This document shows positions 10,736-20,912 of a DNA stretch of 64,000 nt, piece after piece. This stretch comes from Candidatus Hodarchaeota archaeon. GTDB lineage: Archaea > Asgardarchaeota > Lokiarchaeia > Sigyniarchaeales > SOKP01. The notes below the pieces were generated by a model that did no database searches, was not told the origin of the DNA, and worked only from the letters and a program-made list of their open reading frames with translations. Positions within the stretch are counted from its first letter, which is position 1. Each line of letters begins with the position of its first letter. Location: NCBI GenBank assembly GCA_048886685.1, contig JBHLKM010000005.1, forward strand, positions 170,958 to 234,957, given 5' to 3'. Both the position numbers and the translations under genes were made by a program.

Positions 10736-12037
10736 TTATGGAAATTTACGTAACATTGTTCTTGGAAAAGGGATTGCATCCTTAATATTGTCTATTCCAC
10801 ATAACCACATAATAACTCTCTCAACACCTACTCCATAACCAGAATGAGGTACACTGCCATAACGTCTCAATTCAAAATACCATTCATAATTATTAGGATC
10901 TTCCCCATCAGCTTCTAACCTTTTTATCATGTCATCAAGTAATAAAGAACGTTCTGAACCCCCGACAATTTCACAATATCCTTCTGGCGCTAACATGTCA
11001 AAACATAATGCTTCTTTAGGATCTTCTTCACTTGGTGGTTTATAGAACCCCATAATTTCTGTGGGATAATGTGTGACAACAACAGGAACCTTAAAATGAT
11101 CTGCAATTTTCGCTTCTTCAATAGTTCTTAAATCCTTACCCCAAGGAATATCCATTTTATATTTTGTATTAAGGATCTTCAGAGCTTCTGAATATTTTAT
11201 AGTTGGATAATCTGCTTCTGCATAATGTTCTAACAACTTAATATCTCTTTCTAGAATTTCTAGCTCTTTTTTATTATGCTTCAATACTTCTTTTACAACG
11301 AACCTGATTTCATCTTTAGCAACTTCTGTTATTTCATCTAGTTGCATCCACGCAGCTTCCATTTCAGCCATCCAGAATTCTGATAAATGTCTTGATGTTT
11401 TTGATTTTTCAGCTCTAAAAGTTGGACCCATATTGTAAATTTTACCTAATGAAAAGATGGCTGCTTCAGCATATAATTGCCATGTTTGACTAAGATATGT
11501 TATGTCGTCAAAATATTTAACCTCAAATAGGGTAGCTCCACCTTCGGATTGACTGGGTTGGAAAATAGGAGCATCAAATTCATAATACCCATGACTTCTA
11601 AAAAATTCATGAATTGCTCCTACGACTGTATGTCGAATTTTTAATATAGCATTTAATCTCCTTGATCTTAACCATAAATGCCTATTATCATATAAAAGCT
11701 CAGGTGATTGGTGTTCCGTGATTGGGAAAGGTTCAGCTATTTGAACGATTTGTAAATCTGAAACAGAAACTTCATAACCTGTTGGAGCTCTTTCGTCCTC
11801 TTTTAGATCCCCTGAAATTTTAACTGAAGATTCAATTGTTAACTTTTCTGCTTTCTCAAATATCTCTGGGTTCTTAGCTTTTGATACAACACATTGTATT
11901 ATGTCCGATTCATCCCTCAATACAATGAATACAAATTTGTTCGATTTTCTTTCTCGATATACCCAACCTCTCAAATTCACATAATGTTCTTCTTGTTTTA
12001 AAGCATCAGAAATGGTTATATAATTTGAATCCTTCAT
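10736..12037 (-). CDS. asnS: asparagine--tRNA ligase
   Basis: Class IIb OB fold; YLSQTWQLYAE (AsnRS-type, not AspRS QSPQLYKQ), FRAEKSKTSRHLSEFW, YGSVPHSGYGVGVER. Confidence 0.9.
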   Translation of the reverse strand: MKDSNYITISDALKQEEHYVNLRGWVYRERKSNKFVFIVLRDESDIIQCVVSKAKNPEIFEKAEKLTIESSVKISGDLKEDERAPTGYEVSVSDLQIVQIAEPFPITEHQSPELLYDNRHLWLRSRRLNAILKIRHTVVGAIHEFFRSHGYYEFDAPIFQPSQSEGGATLFEVKYFDDITYLSQTWQLYAEAAIFSLGKIYNMGPTFRAEKSKTSRHLSEFWMAEMEAAWMQLDEITEVAKDEIRFVVKEVLKHNKKELEILERDIKLLEHYAEADYPTIKYSEALKILNTKYKMDIPWGKDLRTIEEAKIADHFKVPVVVTHYPTEIMGFYKPPSEEDPKEALCFDMLAPEGYCEIVGGSERSLLLDDMIKRLEADGEDPNNYEWYFELRRYGSVPHSGYGVGVERVIMWLCGIDNIKDAIPFPRTMLRKFP

Positions 12038-12166
12038 CTTCGAATTATTTCAACTAGTAATATAACCATATATATTATGGATTTCAAAAAAATCTAACTG
12101 AAATATAAAGTTATATTTTTGTTAAAAAACAATTGCTCAATAAGATTGGAAATACTGAAACTCTCA

Positions 12167-12346
12167 TCAGAAATATCCACTAAAAATATAAATACCTAAC
12201 ACGAGAAGCACACATAAGCATAATAATATTATCACAATAAAAATTTTTTTGCGTTTAATATTAATAATTATCAAAATAATGAGAATTATAAGAACAATAA
12301 GAAAAAAGGTAAATGGCATAAAAGGATTTACAGCCACAAGAAACAT
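12167..12346 (-). CDS. unannotated 59-aa two-TM protein
   Basis: Manual translation MFLVAVNPFMPFTFFLIVLIILIILIIINIKRKKIFIVIILLCLCVLLVLGIYIFSGYF*; starts 21 nt after the cofE-like stop. Confidence 0.55.
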   Translation of the reverse strand: MFLVAVNPFMPFTFFLIVLIILIILIIINIKRKKIFIVIILLCLCVLLVLGIYIFSGYF

Positions 12347-12367
12347 AAAATAATATTACTTTGGAAA

Positions 12368-13153
12368 TTATTTATCGTTTTGCTTTTTCAAAAGATATTT
12401 AGAAAATATATTCATATAAAGACATTCCTCTGGCGCCATTTCAGTAGTTAATTGAGGATTTTTAGTGAACTCAACATTCACGCCCCGTATAATAACCACT
12501 GGGGTTTGTTGATCTGCCTCACTTAGAAGAAATTGAGCTGCACTAGTAAGATCATCTGCTATCGCTCTCATTGTAATTTCCATAGGTCTATTGAAGAGAT
12601 CTGGATGACCACGTAAATCTTCAACGGGTTCAAATCCAGCTGTAGCTATGGCAATTCCAATAGTTCCTTTTCTAAGAGGTTGTACTCTTGAATCTGAGAT
12701 AATTACTCCCAGTTTATTTAATTCAAACTCTATTCTTAATTTTTTCCAGTATTCCCAAACAATTTTTTTAAGATCCTTTGGGAGTAAAACAACTCTATCT
12801 GGACCGGCATTTGATTGATCGATTCCTGCATTAGCAATTAAAAAATCATTTACCTTAGCTAAGATAACATGTGTCATTCCTCCCAAAATCATTGATGCTT
12901 CTTGTATTATCAGTTCAACAAAACGTTCATCCATATCATACTCTTTTGCCATTTTTCTTGCTTTTTCTGAAATATTGGTTACATCAGACAGTTTTACTAT
13001 TCTTCCCTGTGAAGTAGCTATAACTTTTTCAGCAATTACGATAATATCTCCTTCTCTTAAAGACTCCCCTTTATTCTTTATATTTTCAATTATGATACTT
13101 AATAGATTATCATTTTCTTTAATAATGGGAAGTTTAATTGAAAATAGTTCCAT
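12368..13153 (-). CDS. cofE: CofE-family gamma-glutamyl ligase (F420-0:L-glutamate ligase-like)
   Basis: GDIIVIAEK, ANAGIDQSN, GVIISDS, DLRGHPDLFNR, AIADDL, TPVVIIRG. Confidence 0.88.
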   Translation of the reverse strand: MELFSIKLPIIKENDNLLSIIIENIKNKGESLREGDIIVIAEKVIATSQGRIVKLSDVTNISEKARKMAKEYDMDERFVELIIQEASMILGGMTHVILAKVNDFLIANAGIDQSNAGPDRVVLLPKDLKKIVWEYWKKLRIEFELNKLGVIISDSRVQPLRKGTIGIAIATAGFEPVEDLRGHPDLFNRPMEITMRAIADDLTSAAQFLLSEADQQTPVVIIRGVNVEFTKNPQLTTEMAPEECLYMNIFSKYLLKKQNDK

Positions 13154-13210
13154 TGTAGGTTAAAAAAATTAAACTTATTTGATATACTTTGTTCATTTTC
13201 GTGATAATAT

Positions 13211-14074
13211 ATGAAAAAAATATATATGAATTTATATGACACCTTAGAAATCGGAGATGACTTCCCAACTGTTATAATGGGTGTTTTGAATTTAAGTCCT
13301 GAGAGTTTTTACCAAGGATCTGTTTATTCCAATACTGAAGCTTTAGAGAATGCTACAGTGGAAATGATTAATAATGGTGCGAAAGTGCTAGATTTAGGAG
13401 CAAGATCTACCGCCCCTTGGTCTCAAAAAATTACAATTGAAGAAGAAATTGATCGCTTTAGATCAGCCATGAACCTCGTTTGTAAAATAATACCTAAAGA
13501 TATTATTATATCTGTGGATACTCAGTATAGGAGAGTTGCCGAAGTTGCATATAACTTTTCTCTTGAATATAAAAAAAAAATTATTATAAACGATGTTAGT
13601 TGTTTAAAAACAGATCCCACCTTACAAGATTTTATAATTAACCATGAACTTCCTGTTATTTTAATGGCATCTAAAGAAGTTCCAGGTGATTTGTATACAA
13701 TCAGAGAAATTATTCAAGAATTTGAGAAAACCATAAAACAACTCAAATCAAATGGCTATGATGAAAATAATATTATCATAGATCCCGGAATTGGCAAATG
13801 GATTGAAAAGAAAGTATATACTTATGATTTGAAAATAATCAGTAATTTACTAAAACTTAGAAAATTAAATAAACCAATTTTAGTCGCTATTTCAAGAAAA
13901 TCTTTTATCGGTACAACCTTAAACATTCCAAATCCAGAAGATAGATTAAATGGAACTCTCTCTTCTACGGCAATAGCAGTTTATAATGGTGCTCACATTG
14001 TAAGAACTCATGATGTAAATAAACAATTACTTGAAATAGTAAAAATGGCTGAAGAAATCCGTAGAAATCAGTAA
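13211..14074 (+). CDS. folP: dihydropteroate synthase
   Basis: IMGVLNLSPESF, DLGARSTAP, ISVDT, INDVS, IIDPGIG, SRKSFIG, IVRTHDV. Confidence 0.95.
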   Translation: MKKIYMNLYDTLEIGDDFPTVIMGVLNLSPESFYQGSVYSNTEALENATVEMINNGAKVLDLGARSTAPWSQKITIEEEIDRFRSAMNLVCKIIPKDIIISVDTQYRRVAEVAYNFSLEYKKKIIINDVSCLKTDPTLQDFIINHELPVILMASKEVPGDLYTIREIIQEFEKTIKQLKSNGYDENNIIIDPGIGKWIEKKVYTYDLKIISNLLKLRKLNKPILVAISRKSFIGTTLNIPNPEDRLNGTLSSTAIAVYNGAHIVRTHDVNKQLLEIVKMAEEIRRNQ

Positions 14075-14357
14075 ATCTCTATTTTTTGATAAAAAATCTA
14101 TTTTGAAAAATTGGGCATGTAGATTTAATGTTAATAAATTAATTTACTGAATTGAATAAATCATATAACTTAATTTTAGATACAGCAATATTGGCAAATA
14201 TTCATAGCTTATTAGTGTTATTGAGCGATGAAAAACTGTGCCTACATTTAAAAGTGATTATTACCATTATTAATATGTAAACCGTTAAATTATCACATAA
14301 GTTCATTTAAGAATGGATAAATTTAACCCTACAAAATATAAATAAGATCGAATTCTT

Positions 14358-16373
14358 ATGCCTAAACAAAAAAATAACTCTTATGACGCTGATGATATTA
14401 CTGTCTTGAGGGGTTTGGATGGCGTCAGGAAGAGACCCGCAATGTATATTGGAGATACGGCTAAAAAGGGTCTTCATCACCTAATCTTTGAAGTTCTTGA
14501 TAACTCTGTTGATGAAGCAATGGGGGATTTTGCTGATGAAATAAAGATAACCCTTTATAAAAATAATTCGGTGCAAGTATCTGATAATGGTCGTGGAATT
14601 CCTATTGATGAACACCCTGAATTTAAAAGACCCGCACTCGAAGTAATTATGGAATATTTACATGCTGGTGGTAAGTTTGATAGTAAAAGTTATAAAATTT
14701 CAGGCGGTTTACATGGCGTAGGACTCTCAGTTGTAAACGCTTTAACTGATTGGATGAATGTTGAAGTGTGTCGAGATGGACTCCTCTATAAACAAAAATT
14801 TTCAAAAGGAAAAAAAGCAACAGAAGCAGAAATTTCACCTGTAAACACTAAGAAATCTTATACAAAAATAACATTTTATCCGGATAATTCTATTTTTGAA
14901 TTTGATCCTAAAGAACCTATATTTAATGCTCATACTATAACAACCAGAATGCGAGAACTTGCATTTCTTACACCTCACACGAGATTTGAGCTTCATGATA
15001 GATTTAAAGATGAAATCGAGGAATTTCATTATGAAGGAGGCATTAAGGAGTTTATTTCATTTTTGAATAAAGATAAACAACCTTTACATAATGATATTAT
15101 ATTTATTAGCGATTCTTTTGAAGAGAGTGATGGTTCAGTAGTACTTTGCGATGTTGCAATGCAATATAATCAAGGATATCAGACAAACATTCTTTCATAC
15201 GCAAATACCATAAATACCATTGAAGGTGGAGTTCATTTAACTGGATTTAAATCAGCCTTAACAAGAGGTTTTAATTCTTATATTGAAAATTTCATGGAAA
15301 AGAAGTACAAGGATCATGTATTAAGCGGGACTGACACAAGAGAAGGATTATCTGCAGTAATTTCAGTTAAACTACCCGAACCTCAATTTGAAAGTCAAAC
15401 AAAAATAAAGTTAGGCAATCCAGAAATTCGTCAGATTGTAAGTCAGATGGTTACTGATAGATTAACTCAGTACTTAGAAGAACATCCAGAAACAGCTAAG
15501 AGAATCATTTTAAAGACAATTAATGCCAAAATAGCTCGTGAAGCAGCTCAAAAAGCAAGAATGTTAATCCGTAGAAAATCCGCATTAGATACTGCAAGAA
15601 TGCCTGGGAAACTTGCTGATTGTTCTTCGAATAATCCCGAAGAATCTGAAATCTTTATCGTTGAGGGTAATTCTGCTGGTGGTTCTGCTAAACAAGGAAG
15701 AGATAGGAACTATCAAGCTATTCTGCCTCTTAGAGGTAAGATTTTAAATGTAGAAAAAGCTCGTTTGGATAAAATATTACAAAATGAACAAATTCAATCT
15801 ATTATCAAGGTCTTAGGCGTAGGATTCCAGGAAGTCAATGAGACGAATGGAACAAATGGGGAAATAGAAGAAGGTGAAGATGTCGAAGAAAGCTTTGATT
15901 TAAGTAAATTAAGATACCACAAGGTTGTTATCATGTGCGACGCAGATGTAGATGGATTTCATATAGAAACTTTATTACTTACTTTCTTTTTTCGATATAT
16001 GCGTCCACTAATAGATGAGGGATATCTATATATTGCATGTCCTCCTCTCTATAAAGTTAGTTATAAGAAAGATCAAAAATATGTTTACACAGATAAAGAA
16101 AAAGATGATTTTATACAAGAGTTAAAAATAAAACATAAACTTAAAGACACAAGTTCAATTCGAACTCAACGTTACAAAGGTCTTGGGGAAATGAATGCAG
16201 AGGAACTTTATGCAACTACAATGAATAGAGACACGAGGAAATTAAAGAAAGTAACTTATGAAGATTATTTAGAAAATGATTTAATGTTTACGAAACTCAT
16301 GGGTAAGGAAGTTAAAGCTCGAAAGAAGTTTATTATTAGTAATTTTGATGAAGTTAATGTGTTAGATATCTAA
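14358..16373 (+). CDS. gyrB: DNA gyrase subunit B
   Basis: VRKRPAMYIG, EVLDNSVDE, DNGRGIP, GGLHGVG, PGKLADC, PLRGKILN, DADVDG, QRYKGLGEMN. Confidence 0.97.
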   Translation: MPKQKNNSYDADDITVLRGLDGVRKRPAMYIGDTAKKGLHHLIFEVLDNSVDEAMGDFADEIKITLYKNNSVQVSDNGRGIPIDEHPEFKRPALEVIMEYLHAGGKFDSKSYKISGGLHGVGLSVVNALTDWMNVEVCRDGLLYKQKFSKGKKATEAEISPVNTKKSYTKITFYPDNSIFEFDPKEPIFNAHTITTRMRELAFLTPHTRFELHDRFKDEIEEFHYEGGIKEFISFLNKDKQPLHNDIIFISDSFEESDGSVVLCDVAMQYNQGYQTNILSYANTINTIEGGVHLTGFKSALTRGFNSYIENFMEKKYKDHVLSGTDTREGLSAVISVKLPEPQFESQTKIKLGNPEIRQIVSQMVTDRLTQYLEEHPETAKRIILKTINAKIAREAAQKARMLIRRKSALDTARMPGKLADCSSNNPEESEIFIVEGNSAGGSAKQGRDRNYQAILPLRGKILNVEKARLDKILQNEQIQSIIKVLGVGFQEVNETNGTNGEIEEGEDVEESFDLSKLRYHKVVIMCDADVDGFHIETLLLTFFFRYMRPLIDEGYLYIACPPLYKVSYKKDQKYVYTDKEKDDFIQELKIKHKLKDTSSIRTQRYKGLGEMNAEELYATTMNRDTRKLKKVTYEDYLENDLMFTKLMGKEVKARKKFIISNFDEVNVLDI

Positions 16374-16420
16374 ATCACATTATTTTAAAATTATTCACAT
16401 TATAAAATTAGGTCATTATT

Positions 16421-18859
16421 TTGACTTCAGAACAAATTGAAGAGATTTTACTAAAAGATGAAATGACAAGTAGCTATATAGATTATAGCATGTCTGTTAT
16501 TATCGGAAGAGCAATTCCTGATGTAAGAGATGGACTCAAACCTGTTCAAAAAAGAATTATATATGCAATGGCTGAAAGTGGATGGGATTCACGTTCTTCT
16601 CATGTTAAATGTGCTAAAATTGTTGGAGAAGTTTTAGGGAATTATCATCCTCATGGTGATGCTGCTGTATATAGCGCTCTTGTAAGAATGGGACAGGACT
16701 TTTCTCTAAGGTATCCATTGATAGATCCTCAAGGAAATTTTGGTTCAGTCGATGGGGATCTCCCTGCAGCCTATAGGTATACAGAAGCTAGACTCTCTCG
16801 AATTTCGGATGAGTTGATTGAAGATATTAACAAAAATACTGTTGATTTTATACAAAATTTCGATGACAGTAAAGTTGAACCGGTTTATTTACCAGCAAAA
16901 TTACCAAATATTTTAATAAATGGAACAAAGGGTATCGCGGTAGGAATGGCGACATCAATGCCTCCTCATAATTTAAAGGAAATCTGTCAAGGTATTATTG
17001 CCACCATTGACGATCCTGAAATATCAATTCAAGAACTTATGGAATTTATTAAGGGTCCCGATTTTCCGACGGGAGGTATTATTTCAGATACAAACGGGAT
17101 ATATAATGCATACACTACCGGAATAGGTAATGTCAATATTAGTGGGAAAATCGAAACTGAAGTTAAAGGAGACAAAACTAGACTAGTTATTACAGAAATT
17201 CCCTATTTAGTAAATAAATCTCTATTGATAGAATCAATTGCTAAAATGATAAAGGATGGCGTTCTTAAAGACATTAAAGACTTAAGAGATGAATCTGATA
17301 GAAGTGGGATGCGTATAGTCATAGATTTAACTAAAAATGCTCAACCTGTTATCATTAAAAATATTTTATTCAAAAGGACTAAATTGTTTACAAGCTTTAA
17401 TATTATAAATTTAGTGTTGATCAATGGTGGAAAACAACCTAAAATTTTAACTTTAAAAGAAATAATTCAGGAATATATAGAGCACCGTCTACTCATTATT
17501 AAAAGACGAATTGAATTTGACCTGAAAAAAGCTGAAGAACGACTTCATAGAGTAGAGGGACTACTCATTGCCTTAAATGATATAGATAACGTTATAAAAA
17601 TTATTAAAAATGCAAAAGATACAAACGAAGCAAAAATTAAATTAATAGAGGCATATAGCTTAAGCGATATTCAGGTTCAAGCAATTTTAAGTATGCAATT
17701 ATCCCGATTAACTAGTTTAGAAAAACAGAAGCTAGAAGAAGAAGAAAAATCCCTGAATGAAAGCATTAGTGAATATAAAAAGATTTTGGCAAGTGAAAAA
17801 TTACAATTAGATATCATAAAGAGTGAATTAAAGGATTTGAGTAAGAAATACGGTGATGAAAGGAAATCGAAGATAGAAATTAGTGGTGAAGAGCCAATTA
17901 AAGAAATTGAAAAGAAAGATCTAATTAAAAAGGAACCTACAATTGTTATTTTTACAAAAAATCAATATATTAAACGAATTTCTGTGGAACAATATCGTAC
18001 TCAAGCACGAGGTGGTCGTGGTAAAAAAAGCATGACTGTGCGGGAAGAAGATTTCATAACTGATTTATTTGTATGTTCCACTCATGATACAATTTTAGTT
18101 TTTACCTCCAAAGGGAGAGTTTATTCAATAAAAAGTTTTGATATTCCCTTACAAAAACGTACTGCACGTGGAAAGCCAATAATTAACTTTATTCCATTAC
18201 AATCTGAAGAAAAGATTTCCTCCATGATACCTATTAATAACTTTAATACTAATGAAATGCTAATAATGACTACAAAAAATGGGATAATAAAGAAATGCCC
18301 ATTGCGATTATTTTCAAAGTTTAAAAGCACAGGTGTAAGAGCCCAAAGAATAAGACCGGATGATGAATTAGTAAGTGTGAAAAGATTATCAAATGAGTTA
18401 GAAGACATTTTTATTGCTACAAAACTAGGTTATGCTGTTCGGTTTGACGAATCTGAATTGAGAGAATTAGGAAGAAACTCAATGGGTGTGAAAGGAGCAG
18501 ATTTGAGAGAAAATGATGAAGTTATTGACTCTTTATTGGTTACTGATGATGACATCATATTAACTTTAACTGAAAATGGTTATGGTCAAAGAACTTTTGT
18601 AAAGGAATATAGAAAAACAGGTAGAGGTGCTAAAGGAGTTAAAAACATAACTTTAGATAAAACAAAAAATGACAAAGTCATTGCCATTAAAATTGCGAAA
18701 AATATGGATTTATTAATTGGGACAGAACAGGGGCAAATGATAAGAGTATCTGTAGATTCAATAAGAATAACTCATAGAACTGCTAAAGGTGTGAGAGTTA
18801 TTAAGTTGTATGAAAACGATTCAGTCACGGGAATCGGAAAGTGTGAAAAAGAAGATTAA
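16421..18859 (+). CDS. gyrA: DNA gyrase subunit A
   Basis: DGLKPVQKR, YHPHGD, AAYRYTE (catalytic Tyr), GyrA-box QARGGRG, C-terminal pinwheel repeats. Confidence 0.97.
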   Translation: MTSEQIEEILLKDEMTSSYIDYSMSVIIGRAIPDVRDGLKPVQKRIIYAMAESGWDSRSSHVKCAKIVGEVLGNYHPHGDAAVYSALVRMGQDFSLRYPLIDPQGNFGSVDGDLPAAYRYTEARLSRISDELIEDINKNTVDFIQNFDDSKVEPVYLPAKLPNILINGTKGIAVGMATSMPPHNLKEICQGIIATIDDPEISIQELMEFIKGPDFPTGGIISDTNGIYNAYTTGIGNVNISGKIETEVKGDKTRLVITEIPYLVNKSLLIESIAKMIKDGVLKDIKDLRDESDRSGMRIVIDLTKNAQPVIIKNILFKRTKLFTSFNIINLVLINGGKQPKILTLKEIIQEYIEHRLLIIKRRIEFDLKKAEERLHRVEGLLIALNDIDNVIKIIKNAKDTNEAKIKLIEAYSLSDIQVQAILSMQLSRLTSLEKQKLEEEEKSLNESISEYKKILASEKLQLDIIKSELKDLSKKYGDERKSKIEISGEEPIKEIEKKDLIKKEPTIVIFTKNQYIKRISVEQYRTQARGGRGKKSMTVREEDFITDLFVCSTHDTILVFTSKGRVYSIKSFDIPLQKRTARGKPIINFIPLQSEEKISSMIPINNFNTNEMLIMTTKNGIIKKCPLRLFSKFKSTGVRAQRIRPDDELVSVKRLSNELEDIFIATKLGYAVRFDESELRELGRNSMGVKGADLRENDEVIDSLLVTDDDIILTLTENGYGQRTFVKEYRKTGRGAKGVKNITLDKTKNDKVIAIKIAKNMDLLIGTEQGQMIRVSVDSIRITHRTAKGVRVIKLYENDSVTGIGKCEKED

Positions 18860-18864
18860 CTATC

Positions 18865-19227
18865 TTAAGTTTTATTTTTAAGATATGGTATAAGGCAAAT
18901 AAAAACAAGATTATCCTTACCTAAATTGTCTATACCATGTTTTTCATTTGGAGGGATGTAAACCACGTCTCCTTGCGAGACTTTATTCTCCTGTCCTTTA
19001 TCATTATAAAATCTGCCATTGCCAGATAATATGTATATTTCATGATCTTGATCATGCTTATGGAGTGGAACCTTTCCATCTACCTTTATTTCAAAACGCC
19101 TCATTGCAAAATTCTTAGCACCCATATTATCATCAATTAGCCATCTAACAGTAACATCCTTTACTTCCGTTCCATCACTTAAAGTGGCTTGTTTTTCTTC
19201 CACATCAGCATAATTTTTTTTTATCAT
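18865..19227 (-). CDS. cupin domain protein
   Basis: PLHKHDQDHEIYILSG and GDVVYIPPNEKHG. Confidence 0.92.
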   Translation of the reverse strand: MIKKNYADVEEKQATLSDGTEVKDVTVRWLIDDNMGAKNFAMRRFEIKVDGKVPLHKHDQDHEIYILSGNGRFYNDKGQENKVSQGDVVYIPPNEKHGIDNLGKDNLVFICLIPYLKNKT

Positions 19228-19301
19228 AATTTAAACAAAATTCTTAATCTATTAAAATGATATCAAATTACAATTAAATTAGATAAAAAAGGGTTAGAAA
19301 T

Positions 19302-20231
19302 ATGACAAAGAAAAAAGTAGCTTTTGACTATACTCATAATAATAAATTAACTATTGAGAATAATGCTTTTACTGACTTTATACAGTACTTATTTGATTCC
19401 GATTTTCAACTAGGAAAAATCGAGGCAGGAATAACTTCTGAAAAATTAGCTAACTATGACCTTTTCATAATAGGAGTCCCAAATTTAGGTCCTGATTTAA
19501 GTTTGGATGAAATAAACGATTTAGTCGATTATGTTAAGAACGGGGGAAGCCTTCTTATAATAAACGATGGTGGTGGAGATTACGAAAACAAAAATAATTT
19601 GTCTGAATTGACTAAAAACTTTGGAATAAGTTTTAATAATGATAAATTATCTGACAACAAATCCTTCTCCCAAGAAAATTCTCATCCTATTATTAAAGAT
19701 TTCAGCCCTCACTATATAACAAGAGATATAAACCAATTTATACACTCGAATGGCTGTACGTTAACAATAAATAAATCTATTGAAAATGAAAATATTGACA
19801 TTAATAGTATTGCATATTCCTCAGAAAGTACTTCATGGCATAGCTATTTAAATGAAGATGGTTGGCATGATGAATCTATACAGCATCTCCCTATTATAGG
19901 GGCAATACATTATAATTTAGGGAAAGTGGTTACTATTGGCAATCTCTCTATTTTTTCAAGCTTAAATAAACTATATGGTATCAAAGCGGCAGATAACTTT
20001 AAATTGATATCTAATGTTATTTCTTGGTTATTAAACAAAGCTGGTTCTGAAGAAGAAAGAGAGTCAAAACCAATATACTCAACTGTCGCAATAAGCCAAG
20101 ATCTTTTTTATTGGGCTAAAGATATGATAAATTTAGATAGATGGAAAAACCTGGAAGAACTAATTAATTTTGCTTTAAGAATCGTAAAAATAAGATTGAA
20201 GGAATTTGATAAAAATGATAAAGGCGAATAA
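19302..20231 (+). CDS. GIFT (GldG/IFT52-like) domain protein with probable C-terminal ribbon-helix-helix
   Basis: VAFDYTH, YDLFIIGVP, EINDLVDYVKNGGSLLI, HPI, GKVVTIG, DNFKLISNVISWL; tail TVAISQDL...NLEELINFALR. Confidence 0.65.
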   Translation: MTKKKVAFDYTHNNKLTIENNAFTDFIQYLFDSDFQLGKIEAGITSEKLANYDLFIIGVPNLGPDLSLDEINDLVDYVKNGGSLLIINDGGGDYENKNNLSELTKNFGISFNNDKLSDNKSFSQENSHPIIKDFSPHYITRDINQFIHSNGCTLTINKSIENENIDINSIAYSSESTSWHSYLNEDGWHDESIQHLPIIGAIHYNLGKVVTIGNLSIFSSLNKLYGIKAADNFKLISNVISWLLNKAGSEEERESKPIYSTVAISQDLFYWAKDMINLDRWKNLEELINFALRIVKIRLKEFDKNDKGE

Positions 20232-20745
20232 AGAGAAATTATTAATTGGTTTGATTGGCGATACACATGTTCCTTCAAGAGTACCAGAAATCCCTCTGCA
20301 TATATTAAATGATTTTAAGGAAAAAAAAATTGACTATTTAATCCACCTTGGAGATTTCACTGATTTAAAATCATATAATAACCTTCAAGAGACATTTGGA
20401 AAAGATAAAGTAGTTGGGATTTTAGGAAATATGGATAATCATCAATTGAGGAAAATTTTACCTGAAAAAGTGGATTTAGATTTATATGGACATAAAATTT
20501 TCATAACACACGGTACGGGAGGATCAAATAATATAATTAAAAGGTTGAATAAATTATTTGATTTGACTGATTATGATATCATAATTTTTGGTCACGTTCA
20601 CCGTCCTTATAACGAAAGATGGAGAGATGGAAAGCTTTATATAAGTCCAGGAACCCCTACTGACAAGGTTTTTACTGATATTAACTCATATGGTTTCCTT
20701 CGAATATCTAAGGATAAGATTGAACCTGAAATTGTATATTTATAA
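20206..20745 (+). CDS. YfcE/Vps29-family metallophosphoesterase
   Basis: GDTH, HLGD, GNMD, THG, FGHVH, SPGTP; likely start ATG at 20215. Confidence 0.9.
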   Translation: MIKMIKANKEKLLIGLIGDTHVPSRVPEIPLHILNDFKEKKIDYLIHLGDFTDLKSYNNLQETFGKDKVVGILGNMDNHQLRKILPEKVDLDLYGHKIFITHGTGGSNNIIKRLNKLFDLTDYDIIIFGHVHRPYNERWRDGKLYISPGTPTDKVFTDINSYGFLRISKDKIEPEIVYL

Positions 20746-20912
20746 AATTCATGTGCTTTTATCCTTCTTTATATTATTAACCAATGTTATTATATCTCTA
20801 TTCTTACTGAAAAAGGATTCGTTAAAATTATAAATCATTAAAAAAAATAATTATATTAATTATAAAAATTCCAGAAAAATATATCTAGAAATATTAAAAA
20901 GGTATTAAAAAG

